From contig RDEW01000007.1 of NCBI GenBank assembly GCA_011109175.1, positions 743,712-807,711 on the forward strand: a stretch of 64,000 nucleotides of DNA. The letters are read 5' to 3'. The notes under the pieces are model-generated. The model saw nothing but the letters and a program-made list of their open reading frames with translations, was not told the origin of the DNA and did not search any database. Position numbers and translations under genes: made by a program. The number at the start of each line of letters is the position of its first letter. The first letter of the stretch is position 1. The DNA comes from Dicyema japonicum (taxonomy: Eukaryota > Animalia > Dicyemida). Below are positions 1-11,598 of this stretch, piece by piece.

Positions 1-49
1 GTGCGGAATCAATGGCTCTCGATGGGTTCCACAGAAAACAGCTTTAGAG

Positions 50-520
50 CAGAGCTTTTCAAAAAATAATTCTCGCGGCACACTAATCGTAAAAAAAATA
101 ATCCACGGCACACATTAAAAAATAAAAAATTAATTTTTTAAGATGTGTAAACTAAGAACAAAAATTGGTAATTTAATGCCAAAATTTTTATTAATAAAAA
201 AATGAATTCTTAATTATTATTGTTTTTGCATATATCATCAATATCAGGTCGAATGGTTAACAAAGGCACTTCGCATTTCAGCACAAATCGACGAAAAACA
301 GTGTTAACTGACAAAGGTATCTTCATTATTTTTTGTTCGTATTTATGACCAACATAGTCCGAGCAATAACACGACAAGCAGGGATTATCAAGTTTTTCGC
401 CAATATTGTGAGGTTTTAGTTGTTTTGCTATCACTTCTGAGATCAGGTATGAACATTTCAATGATTCCTTTTGTTTAAAAAAGTTTCACTGAAACATCAT
501 TTGACTAGATCTACGATTCC
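50..520 (-). mobile_element. hAT (Buster/Charlie, ZBED5/ZBED8-like) transposon remnant
   Basis: ORF 210..461 reads SYLISEVIAKQLKPHNIGEKL...KIPLSVNTV, resembling Buster transposases (SYxVAxxIAKxKKPHTIxE...IPLSNNTV). A terminus-like CAGAGCTTTTCAA lies at 50, with CGCGGCACAC-like subterminal repeats. The inner boundary is approximate. Confidence 0.7.
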
Positions 521-592
521 GTTTACCACGTAGCACTTATGTAGAGTTGACTGACTGAGATTATTAAAATAAGAAAATAATTAAAAGTAATA

Positions 593-3404
593 TTATAATT
601 TTAAATTGTTTCCGATAATTAGATGATTATTTTTTACACAATATTTATTCAAATAAGATATTTCTATTAATTAATATTATATTACTTTTCAGTCTCATGT
701 TGTCTATTAAATTGTTTTCCCATGTTGCCAGTAATATGTTGTAATAACCCGGAGATTGATCAAAAAATTTCAAATATTTGTTCGAGTCCTCACTTGGAAG
801 TATTCTATCAAATTCTCCCTTTCGGTTGAACTCGTCCTCACTTTGGATGAGAATCCTCGCATCGTCTGGTGTCAAGTCATTTATAATCGAGTTGGTGTTC
901 TAAGTAAAGGCGCTTCACTACTTTTTTTTCTTGCCAATTTTTCACATAGTCAATATGTTTGTGTTTTTCTTCGCAGGTGAGGACAGACCGAAACAATCTC
1001 TCGTCGAACATTAAATGAGAGTGATTTCTGGCAATTGATAGCAGTGAATACCGATCAAACGTGCACGACATGGACCTAGTTAGTGTTCTGTCATTCAAAT
1101 TAGGCAACATCCAGCCGGCAATGTTGAACATGTCCCTTACGATGAGTTCTTTCAGATTAGCATCCAATTGGGAGGTTGAATGTAGACTGGGATAACAATT
1201 CAATCACCTTGGGGATATATTTACTTCCAACAGCCACGGTTTTAATTTCGAGTCTAAGATAATGTCAAATCCGTAAAGTTCATGCACAGAGTACCTCGAC
1301 ACACCAGTGCTTCTTATGGCAGCATTAATGGAGTTTTCAGCACTAAAACATGTTTCAGAAAGGAACCTGATCACAGTTTTTACGACAATGTCATATATTT
1401 TTTGTTTGATAACGTCTGGATTAATATACACGGATATATATCTCCAGAACTGATCAAGACTCCATTTGTCGCTGTTTACATCAAAGTCGAGGTCATTACT
1501 CCCATTGGGCCTGTAGTTGGAGTTCTTTTTGTTGACTGAATAGTTTGTCAGGTGAATAAAACGGTTTTTAACATCATTTTGAGAATATCTGGGATAATAC
1601 CAAGCTTACTTTTCCGATGCAAAGCGAACAAGCCCAGATCTATGAACGTAAATGCGAAGGGGGTTAAAGCAGGAAATATACACGTAAATTCGCAAATCAA
1701 ACTTTTTTCCGTTTATTAAAAATGGGTCGGATATGTATCTAACTGTAAACTGAAAAATACCTTTGAATTATCAACGCACTGCTTTTCGATTATATTTTGT
1801 AACCCCTGAACAACCCTTATGCCTATTCCACGTGCTGACGCTGGCTTTGCGTTATATAATCCTATACTGGCTTTAATATCCATTTTGAGTTCTTTTTGCT
1901 GTCCATTAACACAAAGTCGTAATCTTTCGGGAGACAATATGTTTTGGGGAAAAAATTGTATTCTTCCCCAAATTTTAAATAAGCCTTCTTTAGATTTCTA
2001 GACAGCAAGTCCTTCCTCCCCAAATTGGAAGCGCCGGGAAAGTGGTTCAACTACGGAGAAACGACAAGTTAACTTTCTGGTATTTCAAGAGCAGTCGGTA
2101 TTCGTTGGCTTTAATTTGTTTTCCGAAGTATCCTATCCATTTTTTGTTATCTAAAATGCCCAGTAAATTGTACCGCTGGAAAAATGGAAATTTGACCGAA
2201 GAATAGCGGCTTTGACGATATTTGGAGTCAGGGAATCTAATTTCCACCTCAACATCTTATGAAGAGTTGGTTCTAATCTTGGAACTTGAATATCTTAGGT
2301 ACACAAACCTCGATTTCCTGATAATACAAAATTTATTGTGGGGGGAACATTAGCGAATAAGCTTTCAGTTAAGGCGGATACGTTATAGCTTTGTCTTCTC
2401 TGAGGATTTATGCTGATATATGAGTTCTACCGTACATATTTTTAAATACTGATATGCTTCTCCCGTTTCTCAGGGGGTAATAAAAACTAAAACGACTGAC
2501 GGCTTAAAATATAGTTATATACTAACAACTATCGCTTTCATCGTCACTTTCAAAGTCCTCTTCTTTGTCAAGTTCCGGTTCCCTTTCTTTAAGGCTAACA
2601 TCCACACTTGCTCTATGTTCATCCGTGATTTTGTGGAAATCCTCAACATTAATAATCTCATTATTTTTGACTTCCTGGTGTTATTGAGTTACTTACACTG
2701 ACTTCAATCGATTCATTGAGGAGATCAGCGTTTTGTGGTCTCTTGAAAGCTGAGGGAGACTCGGGTAACGATCCCACCAATGAGATTGTGTTTTCTCGTA
2801 CAATGTCGACTTTATATACAGGATCTATGAAATAATTACAATTTTACTTGAATTTAAAACTTCATTTTGTTTTTGGTAAAAATTGACGTTTCTGATTCTC
2901 TCGGGCAGTTTTGGCGATGTTGTTGTTCCGGGAAGACGCTGGAATCGAGAATAACGCCGATCTGCACTCGAACTGACTTCTGGCGGTAACTGAAGTCAGC
3001 TTTTTGAGCGAATTTTTAAAATCTGAAATAATTAAAAATTAATTATAAAAACCTTTACTAGACTTTATAATATTTCTATCTGAGATAAAATGGTGGGTTT
3101 TATGATCTCGTCTGTCGATCGGAGTCATTTTATGTGGTTTGCAAATTCCACACGTGGACGAGGCCTTTTGCTTAAAACTGTGACATTCGGCATCATCTCC
3201 TTTGTGTACACTGTGAATTTTGACTGCACTTATATCGAACGATCGAAGAAAGGGATTTTCGGAAGTACTCTTGGCTATAATAGTAAAATATTGATTACGC
3301 GTGAATGTGTCGTCCCTTGTGAATTTATCCCCAGTTTCAACGTAATTTTGAATAATCTTTTGGAGGTTCTTGGCAGTGATTGGACTATTAAATGGACTCC
3401 ACAT
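593..3404 (-). CDS. TTLL4: Tubulin glutamylase TTLL4-like, multi-exon
   Basis: The spliced translation contains SLFANVPPTINF, LRWKLDSLTPNIVK, NHFPG...GRKD, WILKPPASARGIGI, KFDLRIYV, HLTNYSVNK, ELYGFDIILD...PWLLEVNISPSLHS and LTPDDARILIQSEDEF. GT-AG introns are 21-24 nt (e.g. 1187-1207, 1343-1366). The start codon and one junction near 1780-1805 are uncertain. Confidence 0.9.
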
Positions 3405-4155
3405 TTAAAATGACCTTAAAACATTAACTGTTGCTATGATATGCGTAACTAATTTTAATAACATAGGAACATAACGGTATTCACTAAATTTGTTACAACA
3501 TTAAATCAATATTAATCAATTTTAAATTTTAAATTTGTCGATAACAATTATGGTACTTTCACTGGAAAAAAAACTTATTATGGGTTTTTGGCATTTTTAT
3601 TAATATATTGTGTTTCCCTGGGTTCTACTTATTAAGGAAGCGGATTTGCTGTATAGTGTTAATTTCGGTACAGAGCGTTGAATGTCATGCTTTGATGTTG
3701 AAAGCCTTCACCGGAAAATTAGAATTTAATTAGTAGAAATAATTAAAATGCATGTAATTATTAAATTCCAAATGATTTATCACAAATTAGTTGACCTCTT
3801 CACCAAAAAGTTCTGCGTCACGGTCTTCACTGTACGTGGGCAGCTTAGCTCCAAACATTTGATGATACTATTTGGTGTAAAGCCTTGTAAAACCGCTTGG
3901 GGTTAATTCTGACCAATGCTCCTTTTCTTTTCTCATCAGGTGAAATAAGTCGCTGAAAGAGTGGCATAGCAACTTGTGTGAGTGTCAGGGACATTTATAG
4001 ATAATCAAGGAAGCACTCTGGTCCATTAATGTACGTAAATATACCTTTCTGTCTTTGTTTTCTTATATAGGCTCAGATATCTGTCATGAAATTTCTTTGT
4101 CGATTATTTTTCTGTTCTTTCAAAGTTGAATTTTATATTCATTTTCGATGAACAT

Positions 4156-4361
4156 GACGAGTGACGCCGTCATCAGTGGAGTCTCACTGCGGAACTGGAT
4201 TGTCTAAAAAGGACCCACACACAAGAAAAAGAAAATAGAAGTGAAGATCATTCCTTGGTTCTACGATTAGTTAAAATTAACTGTTCTTTACTTAAATAAA
4301 GTGTGTGTCCTGCCTATGCGGAGCTAATACCACGGCTCCGTGAAAAAGGCTATTATTATTA
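4156..4361 (+). mobile_element. 5'-truncated tRNA-derived SINE copy with 13-bp target-site duplication
   Basis: It matches the 3' part of the SINE at 28395-28718 and ends in a (TAT)n tail. TTTCGATGAACAT flanks it at 4143-4155 and 4362-4374. Confidence 0.85.
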
Positions 4362-4469
4362 TTTCGATGAACATAATTAATTGTGCTTAGAATGAATTGT
4401 TTTATTTTAACTACAAAAACAGTTAACAACGACTATAAGTTCCTTTCAGTCAAGAATGGCCGCCCTCAG

Positions 4470-4830
4470 AATTAAAACGCATTAACACAGACGATTTGCA
4501 AGGAAATGCGCTCAATGAACCAGCTCTTTTCTTTCATATTTTTTTTCCTCCTTGCAATAAGCGGTCCGATACGGCTCAGCAAGGACAGTCATCTGCTTCC
4601 AATATGTCCTGATGTTTCCACGGCGATTGGATCAAAAGTGAACTGTCAACCGAGATATTCATATTTCTTCTTTACAGTCTCAGCCCTTTCCGATGCCGAT
4701 CCTGGGTGAGTTTTGTCATTGAAAAGTTAAATGGAGAGAGGCCATCAGCACAGATGGCATCCCAAACGAAATATCTACCGCTTTTATATGGAAAGAGAGT
4801 TGTATCGACAGTTCTTTTGTTGGCTGGGAG
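4470..4830 (-). mobile_element. Degenerate CRE-clade non-LTR retrotransposon 3' fragment
   Basis: VWDAICAD and FDPIAVETSGHIG resemble the restriction-like endonuclease region of ORF 33123..34178. Confidence 0.7.
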
Positions 4831-7348
4831 GCTCTGAACGTGAAATCTGGTCGTCATCCGATAGCGTTCCAAGGGAGGTGCATGGGAATGTTATGAGTCA
4901 TGTACCACTTTCGTTCGTCGAAGAAGCTAGACATGTTAGACGATGCTGGTAAAGTTCAGGTCTTATTTCATCAATAGTTTTTGACCATAATAGTTTACCC
5001 CACTTACCGAGCCACGCATGCTACTGGTTCAGCATGCGATCCGTTAATGTAGCGTAGGTTCTTAGGAGGTCCATGTCGAAATAACCAATGCTTGGTTAAA
5101 GTCGTCCTCTGTGCAAGCGACTTCAATGAGGAATGGTTGTGAAACACCCGTTCATGTGCACTTCTTACTCCAGAGAATCTCGTTTTTATGGCGTAGGAAC
5201 GGAAAGTCAGGGAGAAGATCGTTCGCTCTCAGACGGGTGCCAAACAAGGAGACCTGTTGGGACCCCTACTATTCACTTTAGTGACCGACGACGTCACACG
5301 TGAGTCAGTAGCTAAGATATTCTGAGCATCAGGTGCTCACGTTAGTTTAAATGTAAACTTCCAATTACTATGGGTGGTCATCAGTCTGAGATGAATGTGG
5401 CATCTCCTGCCTTTTCGTATGCTTCAAGCTTCACATGTGAATCTTACGTTACTCCTCGAGATATCTAGAGTCAGTTGGATTTCCATCTCTGATCTTCCTG
5501 GGTAAAAATTCTCCCATTTTCACATGGTGGATCTCTCTTTTTGATGAGACGTTCGTACATTCATTAACTGCTTCATCATTACATCATCTGCTCATTCTGA
5601 TTGCTAAAATCCCGACTCCATCAAACGGAGAAAACTAAAAAAATACTCATCTCTTCCGCTTCGTCCCAATCGGCTTCAAACTTGGTAGTTAATACTTAAG
5701 ATTGTCCTGGGGTGAGTTTTTGTTTCCTTATTTCTTCCACTCAAACTCATCAGCAAGCAGCTTCCCCCAATAGCATGTCATCCGTCGATCGTTCAAATGT
5801 CGATATCAGTTTCCGTGTGACCAATCAATATTCATGTTCCACTTTAATGATCTCAGAGATTTTATCGATTACAATGCTCTGAGTATATGCTCGTTTAGGA
5901 TCATCCACTTTATTGATTTATTGGTTTATCAACCCCAGACTTACACTCTTTGGTATCCCCATCACAAACAGTCACAACTAATTAATCCAAGGAAGGAACT
6001 CAAGAGAGAACGTCAGTTTGTGCCAACCAAATCCATCCTCTAAAGGTGGAGTAGTAGGTTCGTCCTCTTCCATTTTCATCACACTTTCTACCGCCGAGGA
6101 CATCGATCAAATACATCCTCCAAAAATGAAGAAGTAGGTTTGACCTCTTCCAGTTTATCACACTTTCTACATCACTTCACCTTCAGCGTAAGAGTTTTGA
6201 TAAAGGTAGGTGGATCATCCCTTTCAACAACTATGTTGTGTTAGAAGGACTCTTCGCCTCACGGTGATCTGTTGACGAGAATTGACCTTCGTTGAACACT
6301 ACTATATTCAGTTTAGCACACTTATGTACTTCTCCACTCTGATTTGCGTTATGGGCAATCGAGAAGTGATCCCAACTACGATCAAAATGATCTTTTTCTT
6401 CACTTCGTCAAAAACGAGACATAGTCGTATCCACTTGAATCTCAACAGCCTCATTAGCACTATCAACTGTAAAAATGAGTTTTCAACTTCCTCAAATTCC
6501 TTATCCCGCATTGCGGGCGAAGATGGAGGTGTATTCACCTCACAACTTGGTTATGGTAACAGTTTTCTTGGTGGAGTTCAAGTGGTAACAATTAACCCTA
6601 CCATTTTTTAAATGCTGTAATCTTGAGTCTGACATCATTTCTACTCTAATCCGATTGAGTGAAGAAATATTCTCTCACTCTACCTTTCAAAGTTGGTTTC
6701 TCTGCTAGTTTCACATCCTCTCCGATCGAATCCCACAGACAAATATAATACGATAAACCAGTAGATAAACCAGTACTGAAAAAATTAAAAGTACAAATTC
6801 TCCATTAGCTGATTCATTTACATGGAGATGTGGCTGGAAATCTAGACATAACAATACTTTGCATTTGTTCCCATTATTGAGACACATCTAAAGACATCTC
6901 CACGCATATAAACTAACCAGTTCTCCCACGAAAAAGACAACCTACCCACAGAAGGATTCGTTATTACCATTGAAACAAAGAGAACGCTCGTTACCCATCC
7001 TGTTTAGCTTTAATTTCTTGAATAGTCATCCCCATCCAAACTTAGACCAGAAGCACACAAGATGCCCTAACCTATGACCACATGTCAGATCCATACAAAA
7101 AGGTTAGTCAACAGTGATTAACAACAAATGTGTGGTTCCATTGCATCCTCGACACACAAATTCCAATGTCGACTAGGTGCCGGATATTTGAGAGAATCTT
7201 AATTGTAATCTGGGGAATAGCCACGCAGTCGGCTGAATGTTGTATGATCCTCGAATTGGTTGTTTAACGATTTTTTAAAATAAAAAAACTTGGACAAAAA
7301 AAACAAAAATGAAAAGTAGTGGACTGAAATGTAATTACTAATTAAAAA

Positions 7349-7918
7349 TCAATTATTTTTCCCGCCTTCCCTGCAAATGTTGAAGGAAAGAATGTCCACG
7401 ACGGATCTCCCATCAGAAGATATCACACGTCCTCCGTTAGGGCTCTCGCTCACATAGTTAAGATCCTTCAATGTCTTCAAGGAATAACGGGCGACACTTC
7501 GAGATCCCTTGCAGAAGTGAGAGGGACGACTCCCCCGCCTCTGTTTAGCTGCAAATCAGACCCAATCTTACAGCCATAGATCATTTGGAATCTCTTTAAA
7601 CCAATCGGTCTCTTAGTTCCGTAAAGTTTGAGGAGCATGGAAGCTGCGATGGACAGAATAGAGTACCTGTGCGAGTAACGAACCAATCAGGATCCATTGG
7701 ACTGAGTTCCTTGGCGTTACTGGTTTTCACGTAGTTCATACAAACAGGGACCTTGAATTTGTCGTTTCTACAATATCCCTAAGAAAGTAACTTTTTGATG
7801 TAGTCAGCGATAGCCTTTACTAATAGGTCCTGATCCACATCCTTTCCGCTGATTGCATGGACTGCTGACAGATTCTGGATTATTAGTAAAATAAAACATT
7901 TATGACTGAAGAGAACAT
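7349..7918 (-). CDS. RPS19: 40S ribosomal protein S19 (eS19), 4-5 exons
   Basis: Removing introns 7768-7791 (24 nt), 7644-7666 (23 nt) and 7549-7571 (23 nt) gives KDVDQDLLVKAIADYIKKNDKFKVP...KELSPMDPDWFVTRTASMLLKLY...IYGSKQRRGSRPSHFCKGSRSVARYSLKTL...GGRVISSDG. The first two introns sit at the same codon and phase as in vertebrate RPS19. The first exon (ATG 7918, intron 7875-7906) is tentative. Confidence 0.9.
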
Positions 7919-8279
7919 TACACACGATAAGAAAAGACCACGTTTTTTTTTAATTTTTTAATTTAAATTATTAAAAAATATTTAATTAATTATTAATTTT
8001 TAATACTAATTTAAACATTCTTGCCCTCACCAACTCTCCTCCAATTTTCTAATCGTTCGACTATATTTTTTTCAATTTCCTAAAAATAACACGAGACAAT
8101 ACATATTTGAGATCTACTACGTCATACTATCGTCGATAGTAATATAAATTAATATTTAACGATACCGATTAATTCTAAGCCTTCTGATTGGCTTTTGATA
8201 ATACTATCATGCTTTCCGAACGAATTCTCAACAGGAAATCCACATAAAGGTAGTATTTATTGATAAAAATGTCATACAG

Positions 8280-8540
8280 CGGCCACTCTGACTGGATGGC
8301 TCTCCCTCTCAGGATGGTGATCGAGACTCGCTCAAAGCGCTCACGAGGATCTCCTGTTAAGATGATCATTTTCTGTCACTTCTGAAAAGATCGAATTGTT
8401 CGAGAATGGAGGGGTGTCCGGCAGCGTTCAAAGCTCGCTTAACAACTTCGTTCAGGACGCGTGTCTGGGAGATCTGCCTACACTCTTCCTGCACGAGAGA
8501 GGGTCAATCTGATCTCCGCATCGGTATGGACGCGGCACAC
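8280..8540 (-). mobile_element. Degenerate CRE-clade fragment
   Basis: DPLSCRKSVGRSP, NEVVKRALNAAG and ERVSITILRG resemble the C-terminus of ORF 33123..34178. Confidence 0.6.
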
Positions 8541-8909
8541 AGAGAGATAATATACTCGCAGTGAACATTCGGTTAAGAGTGCGTTGTATTTAACTTTGCT
8601 AAAACATAGTTATGGGTATTGCAGAACATTTGGATAATTTTGCACAATTTTCCTTTTATTTTGTAAAATCAATAAATTCAGTTATTACGACAAGGTCTCC
8701 ATTACGGCGTTGAGCAGTCCCTCATGATCACAAGTCCAATGTTGTGAAAGAGCCATCGTGTCATTCTAGAATTGGTGGCGAAAATGTAATTTTTATTATA
8801 TTTTAAATCGCTGAATTTTTGACCTCCTCTAACTCGGGGACATTTTGATATCTTATTTACTAAGAATTAACATTTAATAAAGGTAACCCGTAAAATCATC
8901 ACAAATCTA

Positions 8910-9200
8910 CCACCAGATCTCCACAGTGGTCAGTCTCTTGTGTAGACTGAGCGATCTTTCCGAGTAGCTGAGAATGTAAAGGCGTCGTCAAAGGATAACC
9001 CCTGGAAGTAAATGTCTTGAGGTTCATTCTGAAATGAACATTAGGTACCCTCTAGGCGTCGCTAAAACTTACAGAATTGATTTACCACTCTTGCCACCCA
9101 TTTCCGAAACTCTTGGGACATGTCCAAAGAACTGCCATTTCGCCGAAGTCACTCTGTTTCCAGTAACTCTGTAGAGCTCGTACCACATAACGCTAATTAA
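8910..9200 (-). mobile_element. RTE-like LINE 3' fragment
   Basis: WQFFGHVPR and FQGYPLTTP resemble the RTE C-terminal RWxxFGHxxR and RGRPxTT motifs. Similar fragments lie at about 36640-36900 and 61100-61250. Confidence 0.5.
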
Positions 9201-10089
9201 AATATTTCCACGCACCATAAATATCATGAAATCTCAACTTATTTTAAATATAAATTGTTAAATTAAAATTTTTTTTAAATAAAAGTAATTTAAATTTAGT
9301 CTCTTGTAATGTCCAACTTGCAGCCAACCAATGTTTCGGCTTTAATAAAAGTATGATTTAAATCTCAAAATTAGTGTTCCCGATGGTCTCTTTTGCTACT
9401 AGGAGTAGGTTACGGAGTAATCAGGAACAGTAAGATTCATTGAGTCCATAAAATAGGGTACCTCTGCAAGAACGAGGTTGAACCTCAGGAAATTTTGGCA
9501 AGGTTCGACAAGAACGAAAGATCAGAGACGAGGAGACCCGAAAACATAATGCACGAGGTTGTGTCTTTACTTATCGGCAGTTGAGATCGATAATCTAGCC
9601 ATTCAGTTGGGAATGATGGAGTCCCCTGGGCAGATGCCTGAGACTAACCCACTTCTCAAGTAACTAATTTACTTTTCTAACCAACTAATTAAATTCGTTC
9701 TTTATTCGCTAAAATGTTGACACTACCACGTGTCCTAATTAGGTGACTTTACCCTGAGTAATATCACTTTAGCGTGAGTCTGAATGGCCCCGACCTAGGA
9801 TATTGCCTAGATCTTACTTTGAATTGTCTGTATTGTTCAAAACGCCATTGAAGATCTCACGTGCTTCAACGGGACTATGTGGTTTTCCATTGTGCTGGAT
9901 GATTCTAACCTGGTGTCTGTGATCCACCTGTCCAAGAAGGCGTCCAATTTAGGATGCGTGAACTGGGGTCACTTAGTTGAGGACTTTCTTTTCTCTAACC
10001 CGTGGTCCTGGGGCAATAAATAACCAGGAACCTCTGTGAGAGAGTCTTTAGTCGCTCATTTAGTCCTTGATGTGGTAAGATACTGAGAT

Positions 10090-10584
10090 GGGTAATCATA
10101 TTCCTCCTATACGATGGACATTTGTATTCAACCACTCAACTTAGAAGTTAGTTTAATGATATTAGGTGGATGATCAATTAGACCTGCACCATAATTCTGT
10201 CTCAGGATTTTCTAACATATGTAGAAAGATATTTCAAGTTGACTTGCAAATATAAATTCTATCACACGAAAATCAAAAGGAATTATGTCCAATCATCTAT
10301 TCATCCTTGTTGACCTTTGTAATCGATTCCACTAACCTCATTTACGTGTTTTTAATTTTCCGTACCCTGTTTAACATGGTTTATTAACAATTTTTTATTT
10401 CCTGAGCTATTTCTTATCTAAAACTCAAGACTATCACAAAGAGGCGTCAAGACAAATTAATTGGGCAATCTCAGCTACAAGCCTGACTTTCCTGAATCTT
10501 AAATTTGACTCCAAGGAATTGGGTCACATTGAGCTCCCCGAACGGACACAGTTGAGTACATTCTCCCTATAGATCAATGTGCAC
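10090..10584 (+). pseudogene. Inverted innexin-derived sequence (partial pseudogene)
   Basis: 10501-10584 is the reverse complement of innexin CDS 11919-12003 with 6 substitutions and 1 indel. Upstream peptides (HIPPIRW, DFLTYVERYF, KFYHTK) weakly resemble the innexin intracellular loop. Confidence 0.65.
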
Positions 10585-10719
10585 CAGCGATCCTATCGTT
10601 TTCTAAAAGTGCCGAAGAAAATGTTATTAAGTAGGAAGTTTTTTTAAAGATTAAGCCTATCTGACTAGCTACCTCAGAACAAAAATTGAAAAAGACATTG
10701 TTAAATCAAGAAAACTCAA

Positions 10720-11566
10720 TAGACATTATCCCCCTGTATATCTCTCGTCAATAATTGACTTTGATACCCTTGTCAAGAGGATTCCACACTCCCTCTCGAA
10801 TTCTCTACTGACCAGATTTCGGTCGCGCACGTGAAGTCTAGAGCCGTAAAAACCTGCTGAAAGTCATTTGAAGATTTACTGGTGTCGCCTAACCAACACC
10901 GTCGTATTTATTTGTTTCTGGAAAAGTCGTCCAAAAGTGGAGTTAAGATACCTTTCTGGATGATGAATGCGTTCGTATTGGAATCTCACCATGACTCGTT
11001 TGAATGTCTGTGTGTCATCCATGCCGATGCGAGAACTAGATTGACTGTTTTATCTCGCATCCACTCTCCTGCAGGAAGAGACACGTGGTCGTGAACAAAG
11101 TCGTTAAACGAACTTTGGATGCCTGACTCCCTTCTATGCTCGAATAAGTCGGCCTTTGCAGACATGACGGAAGAAGACCTCCCTTTAAAGCCGGGAAACC
11201 TCTTGTCTGGGACGCTCTTACACCGACCTTCGCTCCTATCAGCCTACTTCAGAGTGCCTATAGAGCCCGCTCGACCGCTATAAAAGCCAAAGTTCGAAAA
11301 AATATGATGACTTACCCGATGCAATGCAGTTTATTCTTCTCGCTGTGAAGACTTCAGATGCCATAAGACCATCGAACAATGGAATTTCTTAATTGATTTG
11401 GGAGTCAGAATTCCGAGCGTACGGACGATAATCCCTATAATATCATTTTCTTCAATTCGTCAAATAATCCTTGATATTGAAGGGATCAGTCTTAAATTCA
11501 ATTTTATTGAGTGTCCATACTATCCGCTAATATGGTTAAGTCTCTGATTAATGATGAAGTCCACCT
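10720..11566 (+). mobile_element. Degenerate CRE-clade insertion between 36-bp direct repeats
   Basis: Remnants of HPLSCR, GRDT, LVWDA, KYDDL and FILLAVKTS motifs are present. AATTGAAAAAGACATTGTTAAATCAAGAAAACTCAA flanks it at 10684-10719 and 11567-11602. Confidence 0.65.
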
Positions 11567-11598
11567 AATTGAAAAAGACATTGTTAAATCAAGAAAAC

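Noticed and set aside
5300-7260. Acidic low-complexity coding-like region with a decayed repeat of about 79 bp and knuckle-like remnants
   Set aside because: It has many stops and no assignable family. It is probably decayed retroelement ORF1 or a pseudogene.
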